NCBI GenBank assembly: GCA_017619735.1
Contig: JAFZRT010000020.1
Span: 2,622 to 66,621 of the forward strand
Origin: Clostridia bacterium
GTDB taxonomy: Bacteria > Bacillota > Clostridia > Christensenellales > CAG-138
Length of the DNA stretch: 64,000 nucleotides
Direction: 5' to 3'
Part shown: positions 26,041 to 34,550 of the stretch, piece by piece
How positions within the stretch are numbered: position 1 is the stretch's first letter
How the letters are laid out: the number at the start of each line of letters is the position of its first letter
Notes under the pieces: model-generated
Database searches by the model: none
The model's input: the letters and a program-made list of their open reading frames with translations, nothing else
What the model was told of the DNA's origin: nothing
Program-made: the position numbers and the translations under genes

Positions 26041-26364
26041 ATGAAAAACACTACTAAAAAGATCATACTGCTTATCGCGATAATCCTTGTCGCTGCGGCG
26101 ATAATCACGGTTATCATCCACCCGTGGAAGCCCGCGGATCCCGGATCTGCCGATCCTACGCATCCCGCGGCGGATCCCACACCGGCCCCCACTCAGGCGG
26201 CCGACGATCCGGACGAAACTCCCGCTCAAACGGCGGAAGCAACGCCGGACGGTTTCACTCCCTCCCCCACCGAAGGCGGAGAGGATGACCCGGATGATGA
26301 GCCCGTGGTTACGGAGGAATTCGTAGTTGACCTCACCGAAGGTCAAGGCATAGGCGGTTTTTGA
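26041..26364 (+). CDS. Small membrane-anchored protein with an acidic Pro/Thr/Asp-rich ectodomain
   Basis: N-terminal TM helix (IILLIAIILVAAAIITVII), then PADPGSADPTHPAADPTPAPTQAADDPDETPAQTAEATPDGFTPSPTEGGEDDPDDEP. Confidence 0.6.
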   Translation: MKNTTKKIILLIAIILVAAAIITVIIHPWKPADPGSADPTHPAADPTPAPTQAADDPDETPAQTAEATPDGFTPSPTEGGEDDPDDEPVVTEEFVVDLTEGQGIGGF

Positions 26365-26385
26365 TCGAAAGAAAGGAGATAAAAA

Positions 26386-26649
26386 ATGGCAAATCCTCAA
26401 GCTGGTGATTCCTATTACGGCCTTACTGACGCTGCTTACTCTGCGCTGATCGGAATGGGCGGAGATATCGCGGCATGGGTGCAGGAGTATTTCGGCAGCG
26501 AATCGCTCAACGGTTTCCACGCCCTCAAGAACGAGGAATACGTGGATGATTTCTACGATTTCCTGCTCGAAAACAACCTTTCCGAAGACGCGTATCCCCT
26601 TGAGTTCTTCACCTATTACAAGTCTACGCAAGGCCTTGGAAATCTGTAA
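26386..26649 (+). CDS. Small acidic cytoplasmic-type hypothetical protein (87 aa, no Cys)
   Basis: Strong RBS AAAGGAGA 7 nt before the ATG. Aromatic/acidic-rich composition. A clear intrinsic terminator follows. Confidence 0.6.
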   Translation: MANPQAGDSYYGLTDAAYSALIGMGGDIAAWVQEYFGSESLNGFHALKNEEYVDDFYDFLLENNLSEDAYPLEFFTYYKSTQGLGNL

Positions 26650-26661
26650 TACGCTTTTTTC

Positions 26662-26692
26662 GAAAGGACCCCTCGCAGGGTCCTTTCTTTTT
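26662..26692 (+). terminator. Rho-independent terminator
   Basis: gaaaggaccc-ctcgca-gggtcctttc followed by TTTTTG. Confidence 0.8.
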
Positions 26693-26694
26693 GT

Positions 26695-27456
26695 GTGGAT
26701 ATGTTGTATAATCAATACATGATGAACAAGCGATACAGCATAACGATCGATCTTGCGGGCGTGCCGTTGAAGCTCTGCCTCGATTCGGAGGAAAGCCTGC
26801 GCTTTTTCGCGCCGTATAAGGCGGCCGACGGCGTTCGTCCCTTTGCGAAGGTCTCCGTCCCGGACGAGGCGTGGGCGTACATCCGCCGCCGCGGCTTTGT
26901 CGAGGACGAATTGAGCGAAGCCGGGCTCATCACGGCCTACGCCTCCGACGCGCTGCTGGAGACCGGCATGTGCCTCATACACGCCGTCGCGGTCCGCAAG
27001 GGCGACGGAGCATGGCTCATCGCCGCCCCGTCCGGCGTCGGCAAATCCACGCAGGTACGCTATCTCGACATGCTCTTCCCCGGCGAGTTCTCCGTTATTT
27101 GCGGGGACAGGCCCGTACTGCAGCTCGTCGGCGACGACAAGGTGCTCGTGCATCCCTCCCCGTGGAACGGCAAGGAGGGTTGGAAGGGCGCCGATTCCGC
27201 GCGGCTGGACGGCGTGATCTGCCTTAAGCGCGGCGAAGAAAACATTGTCGAGCCCATGAAAAAGACCGAAGCCGTGATACCCGTGTTCGAGGCGCTGATC
27301 CATTCCGGCAGCACCGCCGAGCAGGTCAGGCAGCTTGCCGCCTTTGAGGATGAGCTCCTCCGGCGCACGACCGTCTGGCGCATGATCAACCTCGGCGTGC
27401 CGTATTCGACCGATCTTTTATACAACACGCTTTTCGTACAGGAGGACCGGAAATGA
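26695..27456 (+). CDS. HPr-kinase-C-domain-like P-loop kinase (HprK-related peptide/protein kinase candidate)
   Basis: WLIAAPSGVGKSTQ (P-loop) followed by VICGDRPVL, in the position of the HprK xADD motif. The start is uncertain (GTG 26695; ATG 26701, 26719 or 26722) and no SD is visible. A TATAAT lies at 26707-26712. Confidence 0.6.
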   Translation: MDMLYNQYMMNKRYSITIDLAGVPLKLCLDSEESLRFFAPYKAADGVRPFAKVSVPDEAWAYIRRRGFVEDELSEAGLITAYASDALLETGMCLIHAVAVRKGDGAWLIAAPSGVGKSTQVRYLDMLFPGEFSVICGDRPVLQLVGDDKVLVHPSPWNGKEGWKGADSARLDGVICLKRGEENIVEPMKKTEAVIPVFEALIHSGSTAEQVRQLAAFEDELLRRTTVWRMINLGVPYSTDLLYNTLFVQEDRK

Positions 27457-27749
27457 AATACAAGCTTCGCGAAGGCATTGTACAGACCAAGATCTGCGGC
27501 GTATTCCTGCTCGTGCCCACGCGCGCGGCATCCGAATCGTGTCCGCATATTCAGAAGGTCGGCCTGCTCCTGTACTCCGCGATCGAGCTGCTGGAGCGCG
27601 GCGAACCCATCGAAAAGATCTATCAGATGTATCAGATACTGACAAAGAAGTCCGACGAGGAAGTCCGCGAGTTAGTGGACGGTCAGCTTGAAACCCTGCG
27701 GGAGAAGGGGTTCCTCGTTGCAGCGGAGGACGATCATGAGCAGGGTTGA
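27453..27749 (+). CDS. PqqD-family (RRE-type) peptide-binding protein
   Basis: 98 aa. YKLREGIVQTKICGVFLLVP ... LLLYSAIELLERGEPIEKIYQMY ... LRELVDGQLETLREKGFLV fits the PqqD winged-helix pattern. An ATGA start/stop overlap links it to the kinase gene. Confidence 0.6.
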   Translation: MKYKLREGIVQTKICGVFLLVPTRAASESCPHIQKVGLLLYSAIELLERGEPIEKIYQMYQILTKKSDEEVRELVDGQLETLREKGFLVAAEDDHEQG

Positions 27750-28959
27750 AACTGCTTTTTTCGACGCCCTGTGTGTGGGCGTCCGCGGCGGGGAGCTGCC
27801 GCGCGAATACGATCTCACCGCCGACGAGTGGGAGGATCTGCTGCTTCTTTCCTCGGAGCAGGAGGTGCTGCCACTCGTTTACGATGCCGTCTGCAGCTGC
27901 TCGAGCTTCCACAGGATCGACCGCGAAAGGCGTAAATACCTGCGCGATAAGGCGTTATCCGTCGCGATCCGTCAGATAGTGCAGACCAACGAATTCCTCA
28001 ATCTGATCCTGCATGCGCACGAAAAGGGGCTCGACCCCGTAGTGCTGAAGGGGATCACGATACGTTCCCTGTATCCGAAGCCGATGCTCCGGCCCTCCGT
28101 CGACGAGGACCTCCTCGTTCCAAGCGGCGAGATGCGGAAGTACCACGATTTTCTTGTTTCCGAGGGTCTGGAGCCGGACGACAAGGAACTGCCGCCTGAC
28201 GGCGCACCGGAACTGAGCTACCACCGTCCGAACTCCCCCACCTATATCGAGCTTCATTCGACCGCATTCCCCTCCTCCCCCGCCTACGGCGACTGTAACG
28301 AGCCGTTCGTCGGCGCGGCGGAGCGGAGCACGGAGGTCACGATCGAGGACGTGACGATGCGCACGCTCTCGCACACGGATCACCTCTTGTACCTCATTCT
28401 GCACGCATACAAGCACTTTCTGCACGGCGGATTCGGCATTCGCCATGTCTGCGATATGGGCATGTTCGCGGAGCATTGGGGCGCCCGGATCGACGCGGGA
28501 TACGTCATGGCGCAGTGTGAGAAGCTTCACATCGGCCGCTTTGCCGCGGCGCTCTTCCGCATTTGCGAGGAGCAGCTCGGCTTCGGCGATCTCGGCCTCT
28601 TCCCCGGCGTCGAGGTCGATACCGCGCATCTGCTTGACGACATCATATCGGGCGGCCTGTACGGCGCGAACGACATCAACCGTATGCACTCGTCCACACT
28701 CACGCTCGAGGCGGTCGCATCCCAGCGCGAGGGCAGGAAGCGCAGGAGCGCGCTCCACTCGGTGTTCCTTCCGAGAAAGGATCTGGATGGCCGCTATCCG
28801 TACCTCCGCAAACGCCCCTGGCTGCTCCCTGCGGCGTGGGCGCAGCGGATATGGAAATATGTGTTCGACCGCAGGGGAGGCCGCGTAAGCGCCTCTGAGA
28901 GCCTTAAAATAGGCCGTGACAGGATCGAACTGCTGAAAGAATACGACATCATAGAATAG
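27736..28959 (+). CDS. NTP_transf_5 (PF14907-like) nucleotidyltransferase family protein
   Basis: LLLLSSEQEVLPLVYDAV ... DPVVLKGITIRSLYPKPMLRPSVDEDLLVP ... IELHSTAF is typical of the uncharacterised nucleotidyltransferase family seen in lasso and other RiPP clusters. I moved the start to ATG 27736, a 14-nt overlap with the PqqD-like gene. Confidence 0.6.
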   Translation: MSRVETAFFDALCVGVRGGELPREYDLTADEWEDLLLLSSEQEVLPLVYDAVCSCSSFHRIDRERRKYLRDKALSVAIRQIVQTNEFLNLILHAHEKGLDPVVLKGITIRSLYPKPMLRPSVDEDLLVPSGEMRKYHDFLVSEGLEPDDKELPPDGAPELSYHRPNSPTYIELHSTAFPSSPAYGDCNEPFVGAAERSTEVTIEDVTMRTLSHTDHLLYLILHAYKHFLHGGFGIRHVCDMGMFAEHWGARIDAGYVMAQCEKLHIGRFAAALFRICEEQLGFGDLGLFPGVEVDTAHLLDDIISGGLYGANDINRMHSSTLTLEAVASQREGRKRRSALHSVFLPRKDLDGRYPYLRKRPWLLPAAWAQRIWKYVFDRRGGRVSASESLKIGRDRIELLKEYDIIE

Positions 28960-28967
28960 GCGGTATC

Positions 28968-29636
28968 ATGGAAAAGAAAAGCACGGCTGCGGGCGTCATT
29001 GGCGGCGCCGCATCCATTGTCATCATCGCACTGTTCGCCGCGGTGCTGATATTCCCCGCCCCGCGCGAGGTGTTCAAATCCCTCTCCTCCGGCCATCCGT
29101 ACATAATGGGCTTCGTCAAATTCGCCCTGCTCGCTACCGTGGGTGAGGTGCTTGCCCTGAGGATAAGGGCGCGCGCGTGGCTCCTTCCCTGCTACGTCGG
29201 CTGGCGCATGCTGATATGGGGACTTATCGGCGTCGCGATAACATTCATGATGAAGACATATTCGTACGGCGTGGCGGGCATGATGGAAGCGAAGCTGCTG
29301 CCCGGCGCGGGCGACGGGTTCCTCAGCCGCCTGCTCAAGGCGTTCTACACCGCCGCGGTCATGAACCTGACATTCGGGCCGACCTTCATGGCGACGCACA
29401 AATGCACCGACAAATATCTCGAGCTACGGCACGAGGGCGTCAGAAAGCCGGGGCTGAAGGGCGTCGTGAACGGCGTAGACTGGCACTCGTTCGTGAGCTT
29501 CACGCTGTTCAAGACCATACCGCTGTTCTGGATCCCCGCGCACACGCTGACCTTCCTACTGCCCGCGGAGTATCAGGTGATCGCCGCAGCGGCGCTCTCC
29601 ATAGCGCTGGGGCTAATACTGAGCCTGAAAAAATGA
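28968..29636 (+). CDS. Polytopic membrane protein, possibly Mpv17/PMP22-like
   Basis: 4-5 predicted TM helices. The C-terminal FWIPAHTLTFLLPAEYQVIAAAALS resembles the W-P-x-x-Q-x-x-N-F-x-x-V-P-x-x-x-R motif of Mpv17/PMP22, a weak by-eye match. It lies 8 nt after the nucleotidyltransferase stop. Confidence 0.5.
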   Translation: MEKKSTAAGVIGGAASIVIIALFAAVLIFPAPREVFKSLSSGHPYIMGFVKFALLATVGEVLALRIRARAWLLPCYVGWRMLIWGLIGVAITFMMKTYSYGVAGMMEAKLLPGAGDGFLSRLLKAFYTAAVMNLTFGPTFMATHKCTDKYLELRHEGVRKPGLKGVVNGVDWHSFVSFTLFKTIPLFWIPAHTLTFLLPAEYQVIAAAALSIALGLILSLKK

Positions 29637-29654
29637 GTGCTGTAATATGGAACC

Positions 29655-29677
29655 GGATGGCTCGTGCCATCCTTTTT
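29655..29677 (+). terminator. Weak intrinsic terminator after the cassette
   Basis: ggatgg-ctcgtg-ccatcc followed by TTTTT. Confidence 0.5.
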
Positions 29678-29683
29678 CATATG

Positions 29684-29712
29684 TTGAAAGCCATACGTGT
29701 TTTTGATAAAAT
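29684..29712 (+). promoter_or_regulatory. Sigma-70-type promoter (TTGAAA, 17 nt, TAAAAT) upstream of the ECF sigma gene
   Basis: Read directly: TTGAAA at 29684-29689 and TAAAAT at 29707-29712. Confidence 0.55.
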
Positions 29713-29773
29713 CAATGCAAGGTTTTTTGCGTTTTTCTGTCTTATATGGTGAAGGGACCTTCAAACAGACCCG

Positions 29774-30352
29774 ATGGAGGAGCTTATGACCGATGAACGG
29801 ATAATCGAACTGTACTTTTCGCGGGATGAAGCGGCGATAAGCGAGACCGACCTGAAATACGGCGGCTACTGCTTTTCGATAGCCGAAAACATCCTTGCGG
29901 ACAGGCGCGATTCGGAGGAGTGCGTGAACTCGACCTGGTTCGCGGCGTGGAATGCCATGCCCCCGAAGAGGCCGAACGTGCTCAAGCTGTTCCTCGCAAG
30001 GATCACACGGGGACTCGCGTTCAACCGCTACAACGAGCGCGCGGCAAAGAAGCGCGGCGGAGGCGAGATGAGCCTTGTTCTCGACGAGCTTTCGGAAGTC
30101 GTGGGCGAAGGCAATGCGGCGGATGAGGCCGAACTTGAAGACCTTAAAGCTGCCGTCGCGCGGTTTGTCAGAGCGCTCCCCGAACGCGAAAGGAACGTGC
30201 TCGTAAGGCGCTGTTTCTACACCGAATCCATCGGATCCATCGCCGCTCGCTACGGCATATCCGGCTCCGGCGTTATGAGCGCCCTTTCACGGGCAAGGAA
30301 AAAACTCAAATACTTTCTTATTAAGGAAGGGTTTTTAGATGAACGCAAATGA
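29774..30352 (+). CDS. ECF-type RNA polymerase sigma-70 family factor
   Basis: Region 2 (IIELYFSRDEAAISETDLKYGGYCFSIAENIL) and region 4 HTH (RNVLVRRCFYTESIGSIAARYGISGSGVMSALSRARKKL). Confidence 0.85.
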   Translation: MEELMTDERIIELYFSRDEAAISETDLKYGGYCFSIAENILADRRDSEECVNSTWFAAWNAMPPKRPNVLKLFLARITRGLAFNRYNERAAKKRGGGEMSLVLDELSEVVGEGNAADEAELEDLKAAVARFVRALPERERNVLVRRCFYTESIGSIAARYGISGSGVMSALSRARKKLKYFLIKEGFLDERK

Positions 30353-31250
30353 CCTTTACAAGAGCTTTGACGCTGTTGATGACGATACCCTCGCAAACAG
30401 CGAGACCGATCGGACCCGCGGAAACAGGCTCGTTAAGTGGATCTCCGCCGCGGCGGCGGCGATGGTGCTGGGCTTCGGCATATTCGCAATAAGCCATATT
30501 ATCAAAAGCAGCGGAGATGATCCCCATGTGGTGAAGCCCACGGAGCAGACGACCGATGATCCGGGATCCCTGGCCGCCGCTTTCGCCGAGATCTTCAAGA
30601 ACGCCGTCCTTTTACCCTCCGCAGACCGCATCATGTTCGATGGCGGGCTCGAAAGCTGGAAGGCGTTTTACGATAATAAAGGCATTCCGTACTCCGCCGT
30701 CGAGGGCGAAGTCATATCCACAAGATATTATCTTTACTGGCTCAACGACGAGCACGGCCGCTCTGTCGCCTGGGGAGCGGCGGTCTCCGAAGTCATGCTC
30801 GGAAGCGTTCCGGCGGAGCTCAACAAGCTCGGTCTTGCGGCAGGAGAGACCGTGTATGTTTACGACTCGGTCGAAATGGTCCCCGCGGATAACGATTGCT
30901 TCAGACTGATGAGCGCAAAGACCGGAAAGAACATAACTTGCGTTGAGGATCTCGAGGATGTGGAAAGCTTCCTGTTCGAGATAACCGCAGACGATCTTGT
31001 AAACTACAGCTTTGAGCCGATCGTTCGCGACGACACGCTTCCGAAAGAGATCGGCAGGAAGTATTACATGCTCGTCGTTCGTTCTTCCGGGGAGGCAGGA
31101 AGCCGTCTCGGGAACGCTTATGAGCAGCTCCTGTACTGTGCCGTATCCGTTCCGACGGACGAGACCCTCGGATCGCTGCACGCCGCATACGGATTCCGTT
31201 TCGATCAGGATATCGTGCTGATCTCCGAGGAGCTCAGCAGGATCTTTTGA
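30339..31250 (+). CDS. Putative anti-sigma factor (single-pass membrane protein)
   Basis: Overlaps the sigma gene by 14 nt. Short cytoplasmic N-terminus, one TM helix (WISAAAAAMVLGFGIFAISHII) and an extracytoplasmic domain. Confidence 0.5.
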   Translation: MNANDLYKSFDAVDDDTLANSETDRTRGNRLVKWISAAAAAMVLGFGIFAISHIIKSSGDDPHVVKPTEQTTDDPGSLAAAFAEIFKNAVLLPSADRIMFDGGLESWKAFYDNKGIPYSAVEGEVISTRYYLYWLNDEHGRSVAWGAAVSEVMLGSVPAELNKLGLAAGETVYVYDSVEMVPADNDCFRLMSAKTGKNITCVEDLEDVESFLFEITADDLVNYSFEPIVRDDTLPKEIGRKYYMLVVRSSGEAGSRLGNAYEQLLYCAVSVPTDETLGSLHAAYGFRFDQDIVLISEELSRIF

Positions 31251-31262
31251 CGGGATCGAGCG

Positions 31263-31292
31263 AGGGGAGAGCTTCGGCTCTCCCCTCCTTTT
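31263..31292 (+). terminator. Intrinsic terminator
   Basis: aggggagagc-ttcg-gctctcccct followed by CCTTTTG. Confidence 0.8.
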
Positions 31293-31378
31293 GTATTGGC
31301 TTTCGCTCCCGGCTCGAACCGCCGTATACACGGCAAAAGCCGCGGCCGAATACCAGGCCGCGGTCAAGTAATGCCCGT

Positions 31379-32074
31379 TCATTTCTCCGCGCGCTGTATC
31401 ACGCCGTCCTTCATCCTTATTATCCGGTCGCAGCGCTCGGCTACTGACATATCGTGAGTGACTATCACCACCGTCCTGCCATCGTTCCTGCAGAGGTCCA
31501 GCAGCAGGTTCATCACGATATCCCTGTTCTGCGCGTCCAGCGAGCCCGTTGGTTCGTCGGCGAGTATCATCGGCTGCCCGCAGACGATCGCCCGGGCGAT
31601 GGCGGCGCGCTGTCTCTCCCCGCCGGACAGCTGCGCCGGACGCCTGCGGAGCTTATCGGCAATACCGAGGCGTTCCGCCGCCTCGCGGACACGGCTTTTG
31701 TATTCGGAGGGCCGGATGCTTTTATTGTAAAGCATGGGCAGGCGGATATTGCAGTAGACGCTCTCGCCGTCGAGCAGAGCGAAATCCTGCATGACATAGC
31801 CGAAATTCGCGCTGCGGAAGCGACAGCTTTTACCGTCCGGCATGCCGTCGATGCGCTCCCCGTCCATCTCGATACTGCCCGAGTCCGGCGTTATGATCAG
31901 TCCGAGCATATTGAGCAGCGTCGATTTGCCGGATCCGGACGGCCCGACTATTGCGACTATCTCGCCCGCGCGGATCGTGAGCTCCACGTTCCTTACCGCC
32001 CTTACGACGGAATCTCCCGGGGAACGGTAGCTCTTCGAAAGCCCTTTGACGCATAAGCTTTTCAAATCATTCAC
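31379..32074 (-). CDS. ABC transporter ATP-binding protein (MacB/LolD/FtsE-like)
   Basis: Walker A GPSGSGKST, signature LSGGERQR, Walker B ILADEPTGSLD. Confidence 0.9.
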   Translation of the reverse strand: MNDLKSLCVKGLSKSYRSPGDSVVRAVRNVELTIRAGEIVAIVGPSGSGKSTLLNMLGLIITPDSGSIEMDGERIDGMPDGKSCRFRSANFGYVMQDFALLDGESVYCNIRLPMLYNKSIRPSEYKSRVREAAERLGIADKLRRRPAQLSGGERQRAAIARAIVCGQPMILADEPTGSLDAQNRDIVMNLLLDLCRNDGRTVVIVTHDMSVAERCDRIIRMKDGVIQRAEK

Positions 32075-33263
32075 CTCTCCTTCCTTCGGCGGATCCGGCG
32101 TTGGATCTGCAGAACTCGTATAGGGATATAGCGAGCACGAAAACGGTTATAAGCCCCGTCGCAAGCGCCGTCCGGCCGACACCGGCAAGCGATATCGTCC
32201 CGCGCGCCTTTTCCGTCACCTCGGTCCCGTCCGCGTAATACGTCACGGAATACGCGGCGGGGAAAAGCGCCGTATACCACAGATAGAGTATCGCAGGCAG
32301 GTTGTATCCAAGCCCGAAAAGCGCCATCCTGGCGAATATGAACGGCCGCGGAGCCCCGAAAAGGCGGTGTATCGAATACTCCGGCTCCCAGCGGCGTATC
32401 GCCCGCGACACGTTCATCGCCATAGCCGCGATGAGCGCGGCGGCCGCGCCTATGCTGAAAATCATGCCGGTATAGTTTCTCATGCGGTTCGTCTGCGCGC
32501 CAAGGTATTCCTCCATGGTCTGGACGAAAGCGAACTTCCCCGTCTCCCTTTCGATCGCGGCGACGAGCTCCGCAAGCTCCTCCTCGTCCGCGCCGAACGA
32601 CAACAGGCAGTTGTTGACGAAGTTCGTCGGGCCGTACCAGAACACCCGCCGCAGGCTTTCATAGTCCCTTATAAAAACGAACAGCGCGCCGGAATGATTG
32701 GCGGAAAGCTCCGGGTGGACCGGGTGATAGATCATGGCGTCATTCGGAATAACCCCCGAAACCAGAAGCTCGGCGCCTTCGACGGAAACGGTCTTTCCTA
32801 CGAGCCCGGCGTTCTCCTCCGTAACGCAGATATAGTAATCGCAGTCCTCCGGTACGTCGACCGGGGCGAGATCGACGTATCTGCCCACGAAATAGACATA
32901 CTTCGTTTCGGATGAATAAGGATCCCTCTCCGCGGCCCAGCATCCGAGACTGCCGCCCCTCGAAAAGCCCTCCCGGAATATCTCCTTCAGGGAGCGTCCC
33001 GTATAAGGTCCTGGCCTGTCTCCGGATCCGGCGCGCGCGGAATCCGGCACGCTGCTGAGCTTGAGGCCCTTAACGAGTATCATGCTGATATCGGCCATGC
33101 GCATATACTCCTCGGTCTCCTGCATTTCCTTGACCGAGGCCGACGTCAGTCCGCCCAGTATGCCCGGCAGGGCGCTGAGCACCATGCTCGCGAGCACACT
33201 GTAGACCGCGAGCCATATCAGCTCCCGGCGAAGATCGTTCACGACCTGACGAATAAGCTTCAT
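32067..33263 (-). CDS. FtsX-like ABC transporter permease
   Basis: N-terminal TM helix, a large extracytoplasmic loop and C-terminal helices with the FtsX-type pattern. I moved the start to ATG 33263 (ATGA overlap with the upstream permease). Confidence 0.7.
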   Translation of the reverse strand: MKLIRQVVNDLRRELIWLAVYSVLASMVLSALPGILGGLTSASVKEMQETEEYMRMADISMILVKGLKLSSVPDSARAGSGDRPGPYTGRSLKEIFREGFSRGGSLGCWAAERDPYSSETKYVYFVGRYVDLAPVDVPEDCDYYICVTEENAGLVGKTVSVEGAELLVSGVIPNDAMIYHPVHPELSANHSGALFVFIRDYESLRRVFWYGPTNFVNNCLLSFGADEEELAELVAAIERETGKFAFVQTMEEYLGAQTNRMRNYTGMIFSIGAAAALIAAMAMNVSRAIRRWEPEYSIHRLFGAPRPFIFARMALFGLGYNLPAILYLWYTALFPAAYSVTYYADGTEVTEKARGTISLAGVGRTALATGLITVFVLAISLYEFCRSNAGSAEGRRGE

Positions 33264-34300
33264 TTTGCGCCTCCCCTGCTCCGTCCCGCGAGCATCGCCG
33301 CTCCGCACGCTGCGACTGCCGCAGCGAGCAGCAGCAGTATCACCGCGAACGCCGCCATGAAACGGACCACGTGCCGCGCCTCATAGAACCAGAACGCTTT
33401 TGCGGCGGAGGCGATCAGGAAGAACAGCGCGAGACCCGACACGACCGTGAGCAGGGATACGGACGCAAAAACCAGCATCATGCGGCCGCGGGACATTCCG
33501 AAGATATGGCGCACGGAAAAGCGCCTCAGCTCGTCGCGGCATAGCATGAGCCCCGCGTAGACGCAGGCAAGCATGAGCGAAAGTATCCCGTAAGCGGTCG
33601 GCCGCATATCCGCGCTGAACGGATCGTCATGCGTGAAGCACTCCCCGATGCCCTCAAAAAGCCCTATCGGCCGGGAGACGATATCGACGTTCAATTCCTC
33701 GCGGTAGCCGCTTTGCTTAATAAGCTCGGCGAGCTCGCCGACCCTTTCCGTGCCCGACACTATCTGCCACACGGGGGAATCCATGGCTCCTCCGCGCTTC
33801 GTGAACATGCTCATGGGACATATGAAGCCCATGTTGCGAAGGCCGCGCGGCATTCTGTTCTCGTCATACATGCCTACTACGCGCACGTCGAGCTTCCCGC
33901 GCATGAAAACGCCGTCCGTGACGCAGTGCCGGACGTCCGGCGCGGAGCTGACTATAACGCCACGCCCTTCAATGAGATCGGCGCTTCTGCCGCTTATCAG
34001 GACGGAGTCGAGCCAGCCGGTATCGCCGCCCAGCGCTATGCCCGCGGCATCCGTCCGTGAGAGCAGCATGAGCGAGCCGTCCTCGTCCGCAAAAGCCGAA
34101 AGTCCGTTTACAAAGCTCTCGAAGGCGGCGTCCATCTGCTTCTCCTCTCCGGCGTAATAATTTCGGCTGTTTGCCTGCAGGGTCGTGCAGCCGTCGATCG
34201 GGAGCTTGAAGTATGCAGAATAGACGCTCATTACGCCGAAGCCGAGCGCCGCCTCCATAACGCATATCATCAGCAGTATCGCAATGCTTTTGAGCTTCAT
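33260..34300 (-). CDS. FtsX-like ABC transporter permease (second subunit)
   Basis: Same topology as the neighbouring permease; ...IFGMSRGRMMLVFASVSLL... is a C-terminal FtsX-type helix. Confidence 0.65.
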   Translation of the reverse strand: MKLKSIAILLMICVMEAALGFGVMSVYSAYFKLPIDGCTTLQANSRNYYAGEEKQMDAAFESFVNGLSAFADEDGSLMLLSRTDAAGIALGGDTGWLDSVLISGRSADLIEGRGVIVSSAPDVRHCVTDGVFMRGKLDVRVVGMYDENRMPRGLRNMGFICPMSMFTKRGGAMDSPVWQIVSGTERVGELAELIKQSGYREELNVDIVSRPIGLFEGIGECFTHDDPFSADMRPTAYGILSLMLACVYAGLMLCRDELRRFSVRHIFGMSRGRMMLVFASVSLLTVVSGLALFFLIASAAKAFWFYEARHVVRFMAAFAVILLLLAAAVAACGAAMLAGRSRGGAK

Positions 34301-34550
34301 GCCGCTCCTTTCGGGGAATGCGCGGCTCCGCCCGCGGTCCCTTCAACAGTAAACTCGCAAAAGGATCCCTTTTGTGACGCGCACGATCGGTCAAAACGTA
34401 ATATATTATCGCTGCCGAGAAAGCCGCGGCTCAAAGCCCGCATAAGGAGCGGCGAGCGCCGACAAAAAAAGACCCGGGGATAAACGGATCATCCCCGGAT
34501 CTTATGTTTTTGCCGAAAACCGCTGTGCGGGATCTCCCGCGGGGCGTGCC

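Noticed and set aside
21060-26192. A 1710-aa stop-free ORF lies on the minus strand, exactly antisense to the 1.6-k-aa surface-protein gene and codon-aligned with it. It is longer than the sense gene.
   Set aside because: The plus-strand frame has an RBS, a signal peptide and recognisable GWYTD-type repeat modules. The antisense product is low-complexity G/V/A/D/R-rich, with no start context and no motifs. Because the two frames are codon-aligned, the antisense frame stays open simply because the sense gene never uses TTA, CTA or TCA codons. I checked this by eye through the AT-richer segment as well. It is a codon-usage shadow, not a gene. Ribosome profiling would be the decisive test.
29633-29752. 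A 39-codon ORF (MSAVIWNRMARAILFHMLKAIRVFDKINARFFAFFCLIW) whose ATG overlaps the stop of the cassette's membrane-protein gene (ATGA). I considered it as a hidden precursor peptide or small toxin.
   Set aside because: It runs straight through the predicted terminator hairpin (29655-29677) and the promoter of the sigma gene (29684-29712). It has no SD of its own and is merely the tail of an out-of-frame shadow ORF (29177-29752). I keep it only as a very low-probability candidate. Conservation of the peptide in homologous loci would revive it.
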